DNA of 64,000 nucleotides from Candidatus Bathyarchaeota archaeon (lineage in GTDB: Archaea; Thermoproteota; Bathyarchaeia; Bathyarchaeales; Bathycorpusculaceae): positions 1 through 64,000 of the forward strand of contig CAVYRJ010000017.1 in NCBI GenBank assembly GCA_963770935.1, given 5' to 3'. Shown piece after piece: positions 1-10,700 of the stretch. The number at the start of each line of letters is the position of its first letter. Within the stretch, counting starts at the first letter, position 1. A program made the translations under genes and the position numbers. The notes under the pieces were generated by a model. The model did not search any database. It was not told the DNA's origin and saw nothing but the letters and a program-made list of their open reading frames with translations.

Positions 1-759
1 AATAACTATGTTTCAAGCAATCTTGGACACGGCATTTTTATCAGGAATATTTCTGGCTGCCATCTAATGGGAAACAACATAACTCTAAATGGGGGCAACG
101 GCATCCATTTCGAATTCGGTCCAAACGCAATGATAAAAGGCAACTACATAGCCGAAAACAACATCGGCATCTGGATTGGCGCCGCCTTCTTCAACAACAT
201 TATCTCAAACACAATAATCGAAAACAATGGCTTAGGCATCAAAATGGAAGGCCCCCACCATGACAACCTCATCTACCACAACAACTTTATCGATAATAAC
301 GAAAGCGGCATTCAAGCATCCATAGCGAAACACTGGGTTTACTCTGATCTCTTTAAGCGGTTACCCCCACACGTGACGCCTCGACCACCTCAATATGCGG
401 ATGGAGCCGCCAACATTTGGGATGATGGTACAGAAGGGAATTATTGGAGCGACTACCAAGCAGTAGGCAACGCGCCATATTACATAAACGAAAACAACCA
501 AGACAACCACCCACTCCAATCACCACATACAATCTCCATCTTTGAGAAGCCAACAAAAATCGTTAGTTTTCCATCTTCACCCACACAGCCATCTCAAGAG
601 CAACCACAAGAGCCCATTAAAACGTCGTCAATTTTCTTGGCTGTAAAAACCGTTGCCATCATCATTATACTTGTAATATCAGTAGCTGCTGCAATTGTTT
701 TAGGAGCGACGCTTTACTTCAAACGTGGAAGAGATGAAAAACAACGAAAAGAACTTTAA
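1..759 (+). CDS. NosD/CASH right-handed beta-helix surface protein, 5'-truncated by window edge, C-terminal TM anchor
   Basis: Frame is open from base 1; repeated N-x-I-x-x-N..GI units; IYHNNFIDN, NIWDDG..GNYWSDY, DNHPL motifs; Pro/Ser linker, TM helix, basic tail. Confidence 0.85.
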   Translation, partial: NNYVSSNLGHGIFIRNISGCHLMGNNITLNGGNGIHFEFGPNAMIKGNYIAENNIGIWIGAAFFNNIISNTIIENNGLGIKMEGPHHDNLIYHNNFIDNNESGIQASIAKHWVYSDLFKRLPPHVTPRPPQYADGAANIWDDGTEGNYWSDYQAVGNAPYYINENNQDNHPLQSPHTISIFEKPTKIVSFPSSPTQPSQEQPQEPIKTSSIFLAVKTVAIIIILVISVAAAIVLGATLYFKRGRDEKQRKEL

Positions 760-2537
760 TATCAACAATTGCATTGGCGTTACTGTTATCCATAATGAGC
801 ATTGAATTTACTGGAATTACGAATGCAAACCCGTATGCATCGCCAGAAGAGGCGCCCTCGGGTTACAGAATCTACAGTAACGGCACAACCGACACACCGA
901 ACCTGCGCCGAGACGGCAACATTTACTCCTTCACAGACAATATCGAGGGCACGATTGTCATCGAATGCAATGGTATTGTGCTTGACGGCGCAGGGTATAC
1001 GCTTCAAGGAAACGGTGATTCAGCAGGCGTTTGGCTCCAAGACCGAAGCGGCGTCACAATCAAGAATTTGAATATCCAAAAATTTGGCTACGGCATAAGA
1101 TTCAGCCATTACCTTTCTGATTGGTACTCTGGACAATCAAACCCAAACCGCACTACCCTCTGTGCCATCGAAACCAGCAATATAACTGAAAATGATTACG
1201 GCATTTCGTTCTATCAATCCAAAAACTGCAGTGTTTTAGGTAACTGCATAGCAAACAACACTTACGGAGCATACTTGTGCGGCTCTGACAATGTTTTTAG
1301 AAGTAACCGGTTTGAGCAGAACACTTATAACTTCTGGGATATAGACGAGTTCATTAATGACGTGGATTCGTCGAATACCATTAATGGTAAACCTGTTTAC
1401 TACTGGGTTAACCAGCACAACCGAATTGTCCCCGGCAATGCAGGAATAGTAATTCTGAAAAACTGTAGTGGGATAAGGCTTCAAAACTTGGATCTTAGCG
1501 GAAACGGAAACGGCATATCCTTATATTATACCAATAATTCCGAAATTTACGGAAATAATATTGAAGCCAATTATTGGAGAGGGATTGCTGTTTGGTGGTC
1601 CCAAAATAACAGCATAATAGGCAATCACATATCAAACACTGTATACGATGGAATTGAAGTATATGACTCGAACAATAACGTAATATCACATAATCTTATT
1701 GCAGCCAACGAAAATGGCATTTATCACAGAACAATCTCAACAAATGAAGTCATCGCAAGCAATCAAATAATCGGTAACAAACACGCTGCAATATTTGGTG
1801 CAGCAGATAACTCCACAACAAGCAATAATTTGATTTTTAGCAATGGCGGCGGCTTAGCAGTCGGATCAAATTGTCTTGTAATGGGAAATAATATTACCCA
1901 AAATCAAGGAACAGGAATAATTTTTTGGTCAAACAATCTAATAACGGGAAACTTTATTTCGAAAAATCTCATTGGCCTCCAAACGTATGAGGGCACTAAA
2001 AATACTATCACAGCAAACAGCGTTGTCCAAAATGAGGGCTGGGGCATCCGATTCCAAGGTCCTGCATCAAACAACCACGTTTACTATAACAACTTCATCC
2101 TTAACAATGGTAGTGAAATTCAAGCCTCGATAAAGGGATCATGGTTTTTCCCCGACTTAGACAAGATTCACAGTAAAGACATAAACCTTCGACCACCCCA
2201 ACACATAGCTGGACTATTTAACACGTGGGATAACGGCACCGTGGGCAATTACTGGAGCGATTACAACTTTGATGCCCAAAAAATTGAAAACTCAACAGTG
2301 GGTAACATACCTTACTTCCTTGATGATAACAACCAAGACAACCATCCACTTTTGGCTCCATTTGAATTCGCCACTCTAGAATTGCCTTCAACTCAGCCAC
2401 CCCAAGAAGAAAGCCCAACCCAAACCGCCAGAGCTGGAGCCGAGCCTTTTCCAACAACGGCGGTGTTGGCGGTTGCAATGGCATTAGCACTGGCAGGGAT
2501 AGGTCTGCTGGTTTGCTTCAAAAAAATCAACAGGTGA
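734..2537 (+). CDS. NosD/CASH beta-helix surface protein with signal peptide and C-terminal TM anchor; extra A just after the ATG at 734 (ORF track starts at 774)
   Basis: IVLDGAG, NTINGKPVYYW, YYNNF, GNYWSDY, DNHPL motifs; removing one A from ATGAAAAACAACG gives signal peptide MKTTKRTLISTIALALLL; ends EPFPT-TM-KK. Confidence 0.85.
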
Positions 2538-2569
2538 GCAAACATAAAATAACTGGCAGATAGGAAAGT

Positions 2570-3193
2570 TTATTCGCTTTCCTCTTCGGTGTCTTGCCCT
2601 TCTCCTTCCACAGGCTCAGCGGCTTCTTCTTTCTGTTTTTCAGCATTAAGCAACATGTTGATTAGGGCTTTCTGATCTACTTCTGCCCTTGTCCGCCAAT
2701 CCAAGAACAACTGCCCTTTATCGTCCTGCATTAGGTAGCCATAGCGAATGTACCTGTCAAGGTTTAGGCCAATTTTCCAGTTCGGCATCTTCTCGCCCAG
2801 AAGTTTCTCCACGTCTTTGCGTGCGGCTTGCCCCTTCTTGCTTATGATGAAGGAAATCGTTATGGCTAAACCTGCCAAGTCGTCGATTCGCCAACCCATC
2901 AATTTATCCTTAGTCGCCGAGCCACTCGACAGCGCAACAAAGAACCTTGCCTTATCCAGCTCTTCAATCGTTGGTTTTTCGGGGGCTTTTTCCTCTTCAA
3001 AGACGGTTTTAACCTGCAAATCTAGCGGTTTTAGGTAATCTTCGACTAAGTCAAGCACTTTGGGGTAATCTGAACCCAACGCCTTGTGGAGTTCCCAGCC
3101 TTTTACGCCGGGTTTCTGGTGCCGTTTGTAGAAGAGCATCTGGGTTGCTTTTTTGACTTTGCTGCCGTAGACGCCTTTTTTCTTGCTGCTCAA
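2570..3193 (-). CDS. Putative KITE (tandem winged-helix, Nse1/Nse3/ScpB-like) subunit of an SMC complex
   Basis: ~207 aa; first half resembles MAGE/Nse-type WH-A (MLFYKR..GVKGWELHKALG..YPKVLDLVEDYLKPLDLQV), second half a WH-B (ITISFII..RKDVEKLL..LDRYIRYGYL..GQLFLDWRT); TTG at 3193 overlaps upstream TGA. Confidence 0.6.
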   Translation of the reverse strand: MSSKKKGVYGSKVKKATQMLFYKRHQKPGVKGWELHKALGSDYPKVLDLVEDYLKPLDLQVKTVFEEEKAPEKPTIEELDKARFFVALSSGSATKDKLMGWRIDDLAGLAITISFIISKKGQAARKDVEKLLGEKMPNWKIGLNLDRYIRYGYLMQDDKGQLFLDWRTRAEVDQKALINMLLNAEKQKEEAAEPVEGEGQDTEEESE

Positions 3194-4017
3194 ATTTGTT
3201 CGCCTCTTCTCCATTTTTGCCAATCTGCACAGGAAACCGCAATGGGAACCGATGTGGACTGCTCGGTTAAAGCTTCCTTTCGGGGTTTGTCGAAGGGTAG
3301 GATGAAAACGGTTTCTTCTAACCTATCGATTTCCAATGTGGCGTATCCATAGGTTATCAAGAAGCTGGTTAGGAAGGCGCGTTGCACGGTTTCTTCGTAT
3401 GTGTCAGCACCGATAAAATCCCAGTACGCAATCTTGCCGCCTTGGGCTTTTTCGGTGACTTTAACTTTGAGTTCCTGCCAGTAACATTCCAGTTCTTCAG
3501 AGAATTCTCTGTCGCCTAAAACCCGTTGCTTAACAAGCTCATCGCGACTAACTGAACCCATAGCAACTTGGGAAACGTCTATGTCTTTCCATCTGTCACC
3601 CATAGGAGCCAACGCTTCCCAATACAGCAATCCCTGTGCTAAGCTGTGGAGGCTAAGTTGCTCAAACTCAACCAGCGGACTCCAAGCCCCAAGAAACACA
3701 TCAACTATCCCCTGCTTGCTGGTCTGGCGGATTTTTTCCTCCAACAAAAACGGGTCAGTGTACAGTGAGTTTGACCGCTGTTTTACCCATTCGCTCTGCA
3801 TTTTGATAACTGTGGCTAAGTGGTGGAGGGCTTCTGCGTCGAGTTTTAGCTCGTCGGGGTTTGCCCAATTCGGAAAATACTGCTTAACTATCTTGATGAT
3901 GTCGTCAACGTTGAGTGTGAAGGGGTCAACTTGGTGGTTTTCGATGGCTATGCACATTTCAATTATGCGTTCGAGTTTTTCTTTGCCCAACTTCTTTTCA
4001 TGTTTAATTGACTGCAT
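3190..4017 (-). CDS. Putative kleisin (ScpA/Nse4-like) subunit
   Basis: N-terminal VDPFTLNV...LDAEAL..LATVIKMQSE resembles the ScpA helical N-domain; C-terminal WH with TVQRAFLTSFLITYGYATL; start overlaps SMC stop (TAATG). Confidence 0.6.
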   Translation of the reverse strand: MQSIKHEKKLGKEKLERIIEMCIAIENHQVDPFTLNVDDIIKIVKQYFPNWANPDELKLDAEALHHLATVIKMQSEWVKQRSNSLYTDPFLLEEKIRQTSKQGIVDVFLGAWSPLVEFEQLSLHSLAQGLLYWEALAPMGDRWKDIDVSQVAMGSVSRDELVKQRVLGDREFSEELECYWQELKVKVTEKAQGGKIAYWDFIGADTYEETVQRAFLTSFLITYGYATLEIDRLEETVFILPFDKPRKEALTEQSTSVPIAVSCADWQKWRRGEQI

Positions 4018-5933
4018 TAGACAACCTCACGCACAACTGATTTTCCTTCAAGATTCTGCACGGTGATAACGTTGGCATCCTGCTGTGCAAAAGTGATTTG
4101 GCTGGGAGTAATCACGACGTATTGGGCGCTGGCATCCTTAATCATAGCGACAAGGACTTTAGCGATCATTTCGCGGTTTTTGGGGTCCATGTGTATGTCG
4201 TATTCGTCGACGGCACGGAAGGGGGAACGTACATGCTGCTGCAAAGCCAACAGAAAACCCATAGTCGCTGTGGTTCGTTCGCCGCCGCTTTGAGTGTAAG
4301 CATCCAAAGCTACGGGTTTGCTGCCTTTAAAACCAACATAAATCTCAAGACCGGCAGTCTCAATGTCCTGGGCAGCGGAAAGTTTGACTTCACCTGTTGC
4401 AAAGGTTTGGCTCATTATTTTTTGGTATTCAACATTAACCCGTTCCAGCAGGTTCTCCATCACGGTGCGCCAGGACAGCATGCGGGTTTGGACTTCTTCA
4501 AGGGTTTTCTCACGGTTCTCTGCAACCAACTGTGCTTTTTCTTTGAGTTCCAAGTAAAGCTTCGAGTACGATTCATACTGACGCTCGATATCTTCCGAAA
4601 CGTCAGCGAGCGCTGCTAAGTGTCCGTTTGTTAAGCCGATTTCATCTTGGATTTCAGCGTTGCTTTTGAGGACGGCTATTCGTTCGCCAGATTGTTGCGC
4701 TCTAAGGATTGAAGCGTTCAGGTTTTCTTCAGCTTCCTTGAGTTGCTTCTCAATAGTTTTCATCTCGACAATGGCGTTTGCCCGCTTAAACTCCTGCAAA
4801 GCGAGATTTACACGGTTATCCAATGCTTCAGAGGAAGTTTTCTCAGATGAATCATCCAGCTTGAGCATTATTTTCTGGGTTTCTTGAATTTCCTCGTTTG
4901 CCTTTTCGATTTGCTTTCTGGAGGATTCCAGCATTTTTTTGAGGTTTTCGCTTCGGAGAACCTTAAACTGGTTCCTGTTTGCAAGGGTTTCTATGGCTTG
5001 GGCTTCGCTTAGCAACTGTTCAATAAAAGATAAAGTTGATTCGTTTTGGGCGACTTCACGTTCCAAGCTTAAGCGCTGTTCAAAAACTGCTTTAGCTTTG
5101 CCTTTAAGGGCTTGCTGTTGAGTCTGTTGACCATCGAGTTCACCAATTATCGCTTGTCGTTCATCCTCAATCTTGCCCAGTGCTTGCTGGTTCTTGTTAA
5201 AATTCGCCTGCAATCCCTTGATTACGGCTTCACGCCGTTCAACTTCTGCCCAAACCAGTTCCCGATCCAAAAAGCGTCGTTTAAGCTGCAACTGCTTCTT
5301 CTCTTGGTACTTCTCATACTGTTCGTGCCAGTAATGGAGCGTTTGCTCAGCTTGCTCAAGGAGTTTGCCGACAGATTCCTCCTGGCTTAGAATACGCATC
5401 AGCTTTGTTTTGGCTTGCACCACGTTCTCGCGGAAAGGTTCCAAACCCACCGCGGCTTCAACCATACGCAGTTTTTCCACGTTGCTTAAAACGCTAAATT
5501 GCTCAACCATGTTCTGGTGCATGATGATTAGCATGTTGTCGGGGTCAACGCCGAACTTGCCCAATAGACGTTCAATGTCCTGTTTGCTGGCGACTCGGTT
5601 TTCAAGTTCAAAAAAGTATTTTCCGTCTCGACGCAGAACACGGGTGAGGAAGAGTTGGTCTTTGCTGTATTTAGAGACGGGGCGTTTGTTGCCTTGTTTG
5701 CTGTTGTCTAATATGAGGGTTACTCGTGCTTGGTCTTTTCCCCAGCGGATTAAGTCACTGAGTTTTCGGGAGCGTTCAGTGTAGGTTTGCCCCAAACCCA
5801 CCGAGATGGCGAGGAGAAGTGAGGATTTTCCTGCTCCGTTTGGTCCCCCAATTATGTTTACGCCTTGCTTAAAGGGCACTCGGGCGTATTCGTAACTCAT
5901 GAAATTTTCAAGGATAACTTCTTGGATTAACAT
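4017..5933 (-). CDS. Short SMC-family ATPase (SMC5/6-like / coalescin-like), ~638 aa
   Basis: LENFMSY, Walker A GPNGAGKS, Q-loop MHQN, long coiled coils, signature QSGGE, Walker B/D-loop SPFRAVDEYDIHMD; start re-called at ATG 5933. Confidence 0.9.
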   Translation of the reverse strand: MLIQEVILENFMSYEYARVPFKQGVNIIGGPNGAGKSSLLLAISVGLGQTYTERSRKLSDLIRWGKDQARVTLILDNSKQGNKRPVSKYSKDQLFLTRVLRRDGKYFFELENRVASKQDIERLLGKFGVDPDNMLIIMHQNMVEQFSVLSNVEKLRMVEAAVGLEPFRENVVQAKTKLMRILSQEESVGKLLEQAEQTLHYWHEQYEKYQEKKQLQLKRRFLDRELVWAEVERREAVIKGLQANFNKNQQALGKIEDERQAIIGELDGQQTQQQALKGKAKAVFEQRLSLEREVAQNESTLSFIEQLLSEAQAIETLANRNQFKVLRSENLKKMLESSRKQIEKANEEIQETQKIMLKLDDSSEKTSSEALDNRVNLALQEFKRANAIVEMKTIEKQLKEAEENLNASILRAQQSGERIAVLKSNAEIQDEIGLTNGHLAALADVSEDIERQYESYSKLYLELKEKAQLVAENREKTLEEVQTRMLSWRTVMENLLERVNVEYQKIMSQTFATGEVKLSAAQDIETAGLEIYVGFKGSKPVALDAYTQSGGERTTATMGFLLALQQHVRSPFRAVDEYDIHMDPKNREMIAKVLVAMIKDASAQYVVITPSQITFAQQDANVITVQNLEGKSVVREVV

Positions 5934-6245
5934 TAAACTTCTTTGCCTCTTTTTTGAAGCGTTCACACTATTGAAAAACGTCTTATTAAAACAATTTGAC
6001 ATCTTTATGCAGATTACCCCTGCGCAGAAATGTAGCTGAACCATTCAAACAGATGTCTTCTTAAGTGCGAAAGTTTAGATTGTATAACACTGCTTTCACA
6101 ATTGAAGGACGCTTACACAAAGCTGAATAAATAATCGTTTTTTAATCCAAAATCATAATAAAGTACAGAATTCACCATAGAGAAACCGGGATTCGTGTGA
6201 AGGCTTTTTATTCTTAATTATACAAATATTTAACAGGTTAAATTT

Positions 6246-6494
6246 ATGAAGTTCGCAGAAATCGCCATATTGCTAAGAGAAATCGTAGACAGGTGCCCAG
6301 GGTTAGATGGAGCCACCATCACGTTGATACCCCAGAAAGCTATGTATCCACTCTACAATGGATACCACATTAACATTAAGGCAAACCTGTCAAAGGAAAG
6401 CATGGGTAACCTTCGGAAAATAGTGGAAGGTCACGACTTAGTGATGCAGATTAAGACAGATGCAGTTATAGTGTATGAAACAAGGTCATCATAG
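6246..6494 (+). CDS. Small hypothetical protein, apparent paralogue of 17971..18189
   Basis: 82 aa with ATG start and AT-rich promoter region; shared pattern MK..AI.LL(R/K)E(I/L)V..GY.I.IK..L.M..V(I)I(Y/F). Confidence 0.6.
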   Translation: MKFAEIAILLREIVDRCPGLDGATITLIPQKAMYPLYNGYHINIKANLSKESMGNLRKIVEGHDLVMQIKTDAVIVYETRSS

Positions 6495-6713
6495 ATACTT
6501 GGGTAAACAATTTTTAGTTTTTGCGAACTTTTGACAACGCTGCTTGGTTATTGACTCTCCCGTGTGATGTGCATCATGACGGAAAATTAGCCAATCATTA
6601 GGGGTGAATAAATTTTCCTGGTCCGCCTTTGCAGTTAGCAAAGAAAAGGCCATGACATTAAATATCAAAAGAGCCAAAAGAGCAAAAACAACAAGGCATC
6701 CAACACTTATCAT
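6489..6713 (-). pseudogene. N-terminal remnant of a secreted PQQ/BamB-type beta-propeller protein
   Basis: Signal-peptide-like stretch then DWLIFRHDAHHTG (typical propeller N-terminal motif), after which the frame ends. Confidence 0.55.
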
Positions 6714-6754
6714 CCGTTGTCACCACCTAAGTTTTAAAATGGATTGCAAGAAAA

Positions 6755-6806
6755 GACTTCTTGACAAGATTTATTGTCTAAGCTTAGACAAGTTTTCTTG
6801 ACAAAA
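6755..6806 (-). promoter_or_regulatory. Tandem operator-like sites with a perfect 18-bp palindrome TTGTCTAAGCTTAGACAA (6774..6791)
   Basis: Minus strand TTGTCAAGAAAACTTGTCTAAG and TTAGACAATAAATCTTGTCAAG resemble the motif at 38531, 40504, 41696, 56751. Confidence 0.5.
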
Positions 6807-6927
6807 CGACACAATTTTGCCTAATTAAGCTAAAAAGTTACAAATATGTAGTAATGTGCCATCTAGGTTTGACAATAAATACTGATTCAGCGACGTTTTT
6901 CATCGCCTAATAGCCTTTTCGGACTAA

Positions 6928-7362
6928 TTAGGAGATGCTTACGTTCTGAATGTCGAAGTACCGTTTTGCCAAAAAGCGCAAACGTTCGGCGTTCTTGCCG
7001 TTTTTACCTATTGCGACACCCTTATCTTTAGGGTTGACGGTTATGACTGCCATTTTCTTGCCATCAGTTCTTTCGGTGACGCGGATTTCTCTGACTGCTG
7101 CGGGTTTTAAGGCGTTTTTCATGAATGTTGCTGGGTCTTCGCTGTATTCGATAATTTCGTGTTTTTTGCCTGTCATTCGTTCAAGGGTATGGATGTTTCT
7201 GCCGCCCTTGCCGATGGCAACGCCTACTTGGCCTTGGTTGACAACAAAGATTGCTCGTTGCTCGACTTCGTCGACTATGCAGTCTTTTACGCTGGCACCG
7301 CTTATGCTTTCAAATAAGGCAATGTAGCGCATTTCGTCGCAGGTAATTTTTATGCCACTCGT
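6928..7362 (-). CDS. nusA: Archaeal NusA (KH-domain transcription factor); start uncertain
   Basis: IKIT.DEMRYIALFE, two GxxG KH motifs (AIGKGG, AIGKNG); canonical position after L30e; homology extends upstream of ATG 7332. Confidence 0.92.
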   Translation of the reverse strand, partial: TSGIKITCDEMRYIALFESISGASVKDCIVDEVEQRAIFVVNQGQVGVAIGKGGRNIHTLERMTGKKHEIIEYSEDPATFMKNALKPAAVREIRVTERTDGKKMAVITVNPKDKGVAIGKNGKNAERLRFLAKRYFDIQNVSIS

Positions 7363-7382
7363 TCTTTTTATTCCTCCATTTT

Positions 7383-7700
7383 TTATTCTTGAACCTGAGT
7401 TTCCTCGGTTACTTTGAGAATGTCTGAGTCCCCTGTTTCGCGGATGCTAAGGGCTGATATAATGAAAAGTTTTTTGCAGACTTCCGCTAAATCCATTGAT
7501 CCACCTTTGTAGGTTATAACGGGAACTTTAGAGATTTCTCCATAGTATTCTATTTGTTCTTTTATGTCTTTGGGACAGTTTGCAGCTAAAACTATCATCT
7601 TAGCTTTGCCTGTTTTGGCGTTTTGCAATGCAACATTGGATCCAAAGGAAACCTTACCTGTTTTCACTGCGGACGCTAACGCTTTATCTATGTCTATCAT
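7383..7700 (-). CDS. rpl30e: 50S ribosomal protein L30e
   Basis: AVKTGKVSFG, AKMIVLAANCP, GDSDIL motifs; follows rpoA. Confidence 0.95.
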   Translation of the reverse strand: MIDIDKALASAVKTGKVSFGSNVALQNAKTGKAKMIVLAANCPKDIKEQIEYYGEISKVPVITYKGGSMDLAEVCKKLFIISALSIRETGDSDILKVTEETQVQE

Positions 7701-10700
7701 GCTTCTGTTTTTCCTCCATCTTTTTCTTGAATCTCGAAAGTTGACATGTATAGTTCAACTAAGCCTGTGCCGATTGGTATTGATTGCCCAACTATAACGT
7801 TTTCTGTTACACCAGCCAAAGGATCACTTTCACCTTTCACGGCTGCTTCAACAATGTTTGGTACTGTGATTTCGAATGCGGCGCGCGCTAGGACACTGGC
7901 TTTTTTGCCGCTGATTCCGTGTCTGCCGATTTGTTGAACGTCACCTGTTGTGGTCATCATGTCTGCTACGAGCATTACGTGCCTTACGTCTACGTCTAAG
8001 CCTTGGTCTTCCAAGACGCCTTTGGCTTCGTTGACCAACGCGTTTCTTGAGGCTTCAACACCGAGGGTTTTAGCGATTTCGTGTATGTTGTTGGTGGTTG
8101 TTCTGGAAGTATCAACGCCTATAACTTCTAAGACTTTGGATAGGTTTGAGCCGTCAGTGCGTATTACCCATTCACCGCTCTCTTCGGTTACCAGGACACG
8201 TTTAATGTCTGGGACACCTTTAACTTGGTAACCTGGAACCTTAGCTAACATTCTCTTGAGCTGTTCAGCTTTCTTTGGCTTAATCTCAACTGTTGTGTCT
8301 GTAACTGTTATGGTTGCATTTTGAAGTTCCATCCGTTCTTTTAGCTCTTCCATTGTTATGGCTCTGTCATCCATCATCTGCTTGTTTAATTCAATAATTA
8401 TTGCTTCGCGGACTGGGTCTTCATATATTGCTGAAGCCAAGTTTTCAACTGAAGTGTAGATTATGTTTCGTGCAACTTCAACTGCTCCTTCTTTGCTTTT
8501 TGCATGGTCGCCTTGCAGGTAAATGGTCATGATTGGAGTTGATGGGATTCTGCGTGCGTCCACGATTTCAATTAGTCGTGGTAGGCCTAAGGTAACGTTT
8601 TGTTCTTTGACACCAGCGTAGTGGAAGGTTCTAAGAGTCATCTGTGTGCCTGGTTCGCCGATTGATTGGGCGGCAACTATGCCTACTGCTTCGCCAGGCT
8701 CCATCAAAGCACGGTTGTATTGTTCAGCTGTTTGGGTTGCTGCTTTTGTTACGGCTTTAGCTGTAAGTTTGTTCTTTGCGAAGTTAGTTTTAAGTTGGTT
8801 TAGCAGGATGGGTGTTATTTGGTTTTCTACATTTTTGAGTTGTTTTTTGATGTGTTCGGTGGATGCAACTTCGCCTTTTTCTTCGCCAAGTTTTATCTGT
8901 TCAATTAGTCGGTTAACGTTTACTGCTTTTCCATGGTCACTTTTCGCAGGATCTACTCCGTCTTCGCCGTACCTGAATTGGATAATGTCGCCTGCGGAGT
9001 CACGGACAGTGCTGTCGTATTCTAAGCGGATGTGTTCAAGCGCGTTGATTAAACGTCTTTGCATGTAACCGCTCTGCTGTGTTCGGACGGCTGTGTCGAC
9101 TAGACCTTCTCTGCCACCCATAGCGTGGAAGAAGAATTCAATCGCGTCAAGTCCAGTCTGGTAAGAGTTATAGACAAAGCCTCTTGCTCGGGGGCTTGGA
9201 TCTCCATCTACGAAGTGTGGCAATGCTCTTCCAGCGTAACCTCGCAGAATACGTTTGCCTCGGACTGATTGTTGCCCAACACAAGCGGCCATTTGACCGA
9301 TGTTTAAGCTTGAGCCTCTTGCACCTGCTCTTGTCATGACAATGCCTGCGTTTTCTAAAGTGAAGTCTTCGTCTGCTATTTTGCCTGATTCGTCTCGGGC
9401 TACGGCGAGTTCATGCATAACGTAGATTTCGAAGGATTCTTCTAGAGTTTGTCCTGGCAGACGAGGTAGGGTTCCGTTGCGGAAGTTTTCGATGTGTTCA
9501 TCGATTTTCTTTTGGATGCGGTCCATTGTTTTTGCCATGCGGTTGCGTGCTCTTGGTGAGAGGACTAGTTGATCGTAGGTGTAGCTGAAGCCTCTCATGG
9601 AGATGAATTGTTTTAGTAGGTGTGTGATTTTGTTTAGGAATTCTCTTCCTGCTTGGGTGCCGTAGTCTTTGATGATTCTGTGAAGCAAGCTTTCGGATTG
9701 TTCAGAACCTATTGACCGTCTGTCAATTATGCCTGAAACTAGTTGACCATTTCTGACAACTACGTAGGCGTCATGTTTGCATGCGTCTTCTTCACATTTA
9801 GTGCAGCCTTGGCAGATGTTAGCTTTCAAGACGTAATTTAGAGTCTTGGGCAAGTATAGGCTGAAGATCTGTTTGCCTGACCACAAGGGTTCTGGCGTTT
9901 TGATTTCTGGTTCGGGTAGTGGACCAGTGTAGTTTGTTGTGGTTAGTAGTCTGTTAACTTGGCTTCTTGTTAGGTAGTTGCCTCTTCTTGTGAAGTAGTA
10001 TGCGCTTGTGACGAAGTCTCTGATGGCGCCGATGATTGGTCCGCCAAATCTGGGCGAAAGGATTTGGTCTTGAACTTGCATGAGCAGCAAGCTTTCTGTT
10101 CGGGCTTCTTCGCTTTGTGGAACGTGGAGGTTCATTTCGTCGCCGTCAAAGTCAGCGTTGTAGGGTGGACAAACGCAAAGGTGTAATCGGAAGGTTTTGT
10201 ATGGCAGAACTCTTACGTAGTGAGCCATGATGGACATGCGGTGAAGTGATGGCTGCCGATTGAAGATAGCTATGTCGCCGTTTTTGAGGTGACGTTCAAC
10301 GATGAATCCTAATTCTACTGCTTCTGCGATTTTTGTTCGGTCAACTACGAATTCAAGGCGAATGCGTTTGCCGTCTGGGCGGATAATGTAGAGTGCGCCT
10401 GGATAGTTTTCTGGACCGTTAACTACGAATTTTTTCATTTCTTCGATGTTCCAAGCAGTAACTTTTTCTGGGACGGATAGTCGCATCGCGACGTCTTGTG
10501 GAACACCGACTTCGTTTATGTCAAGGTTCGGATCAGGAGAGATGACTGTGCGCGCTGAGAAGTCGACACGTTTGCCTGAGAGGTTACTTCTGAAACGTCC
10601 TTCTTTGCCTTTTAACCGCTGTGAGAGCGTCTTTAGGGCACGTCCACTGCGGTGTCTTGCCGGTGGAATACCTGATGCCTCATTGTTAAAGTAAGTGGTA

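Noticed and set aside
4017-5933. Wadjet (JetABCD) or Rad50/Mre11 system
   Set aside because: No JetD/Toprim or Mre11 nuclease adjacent, no zinc hook, and the ATPase is far shorter than JetC
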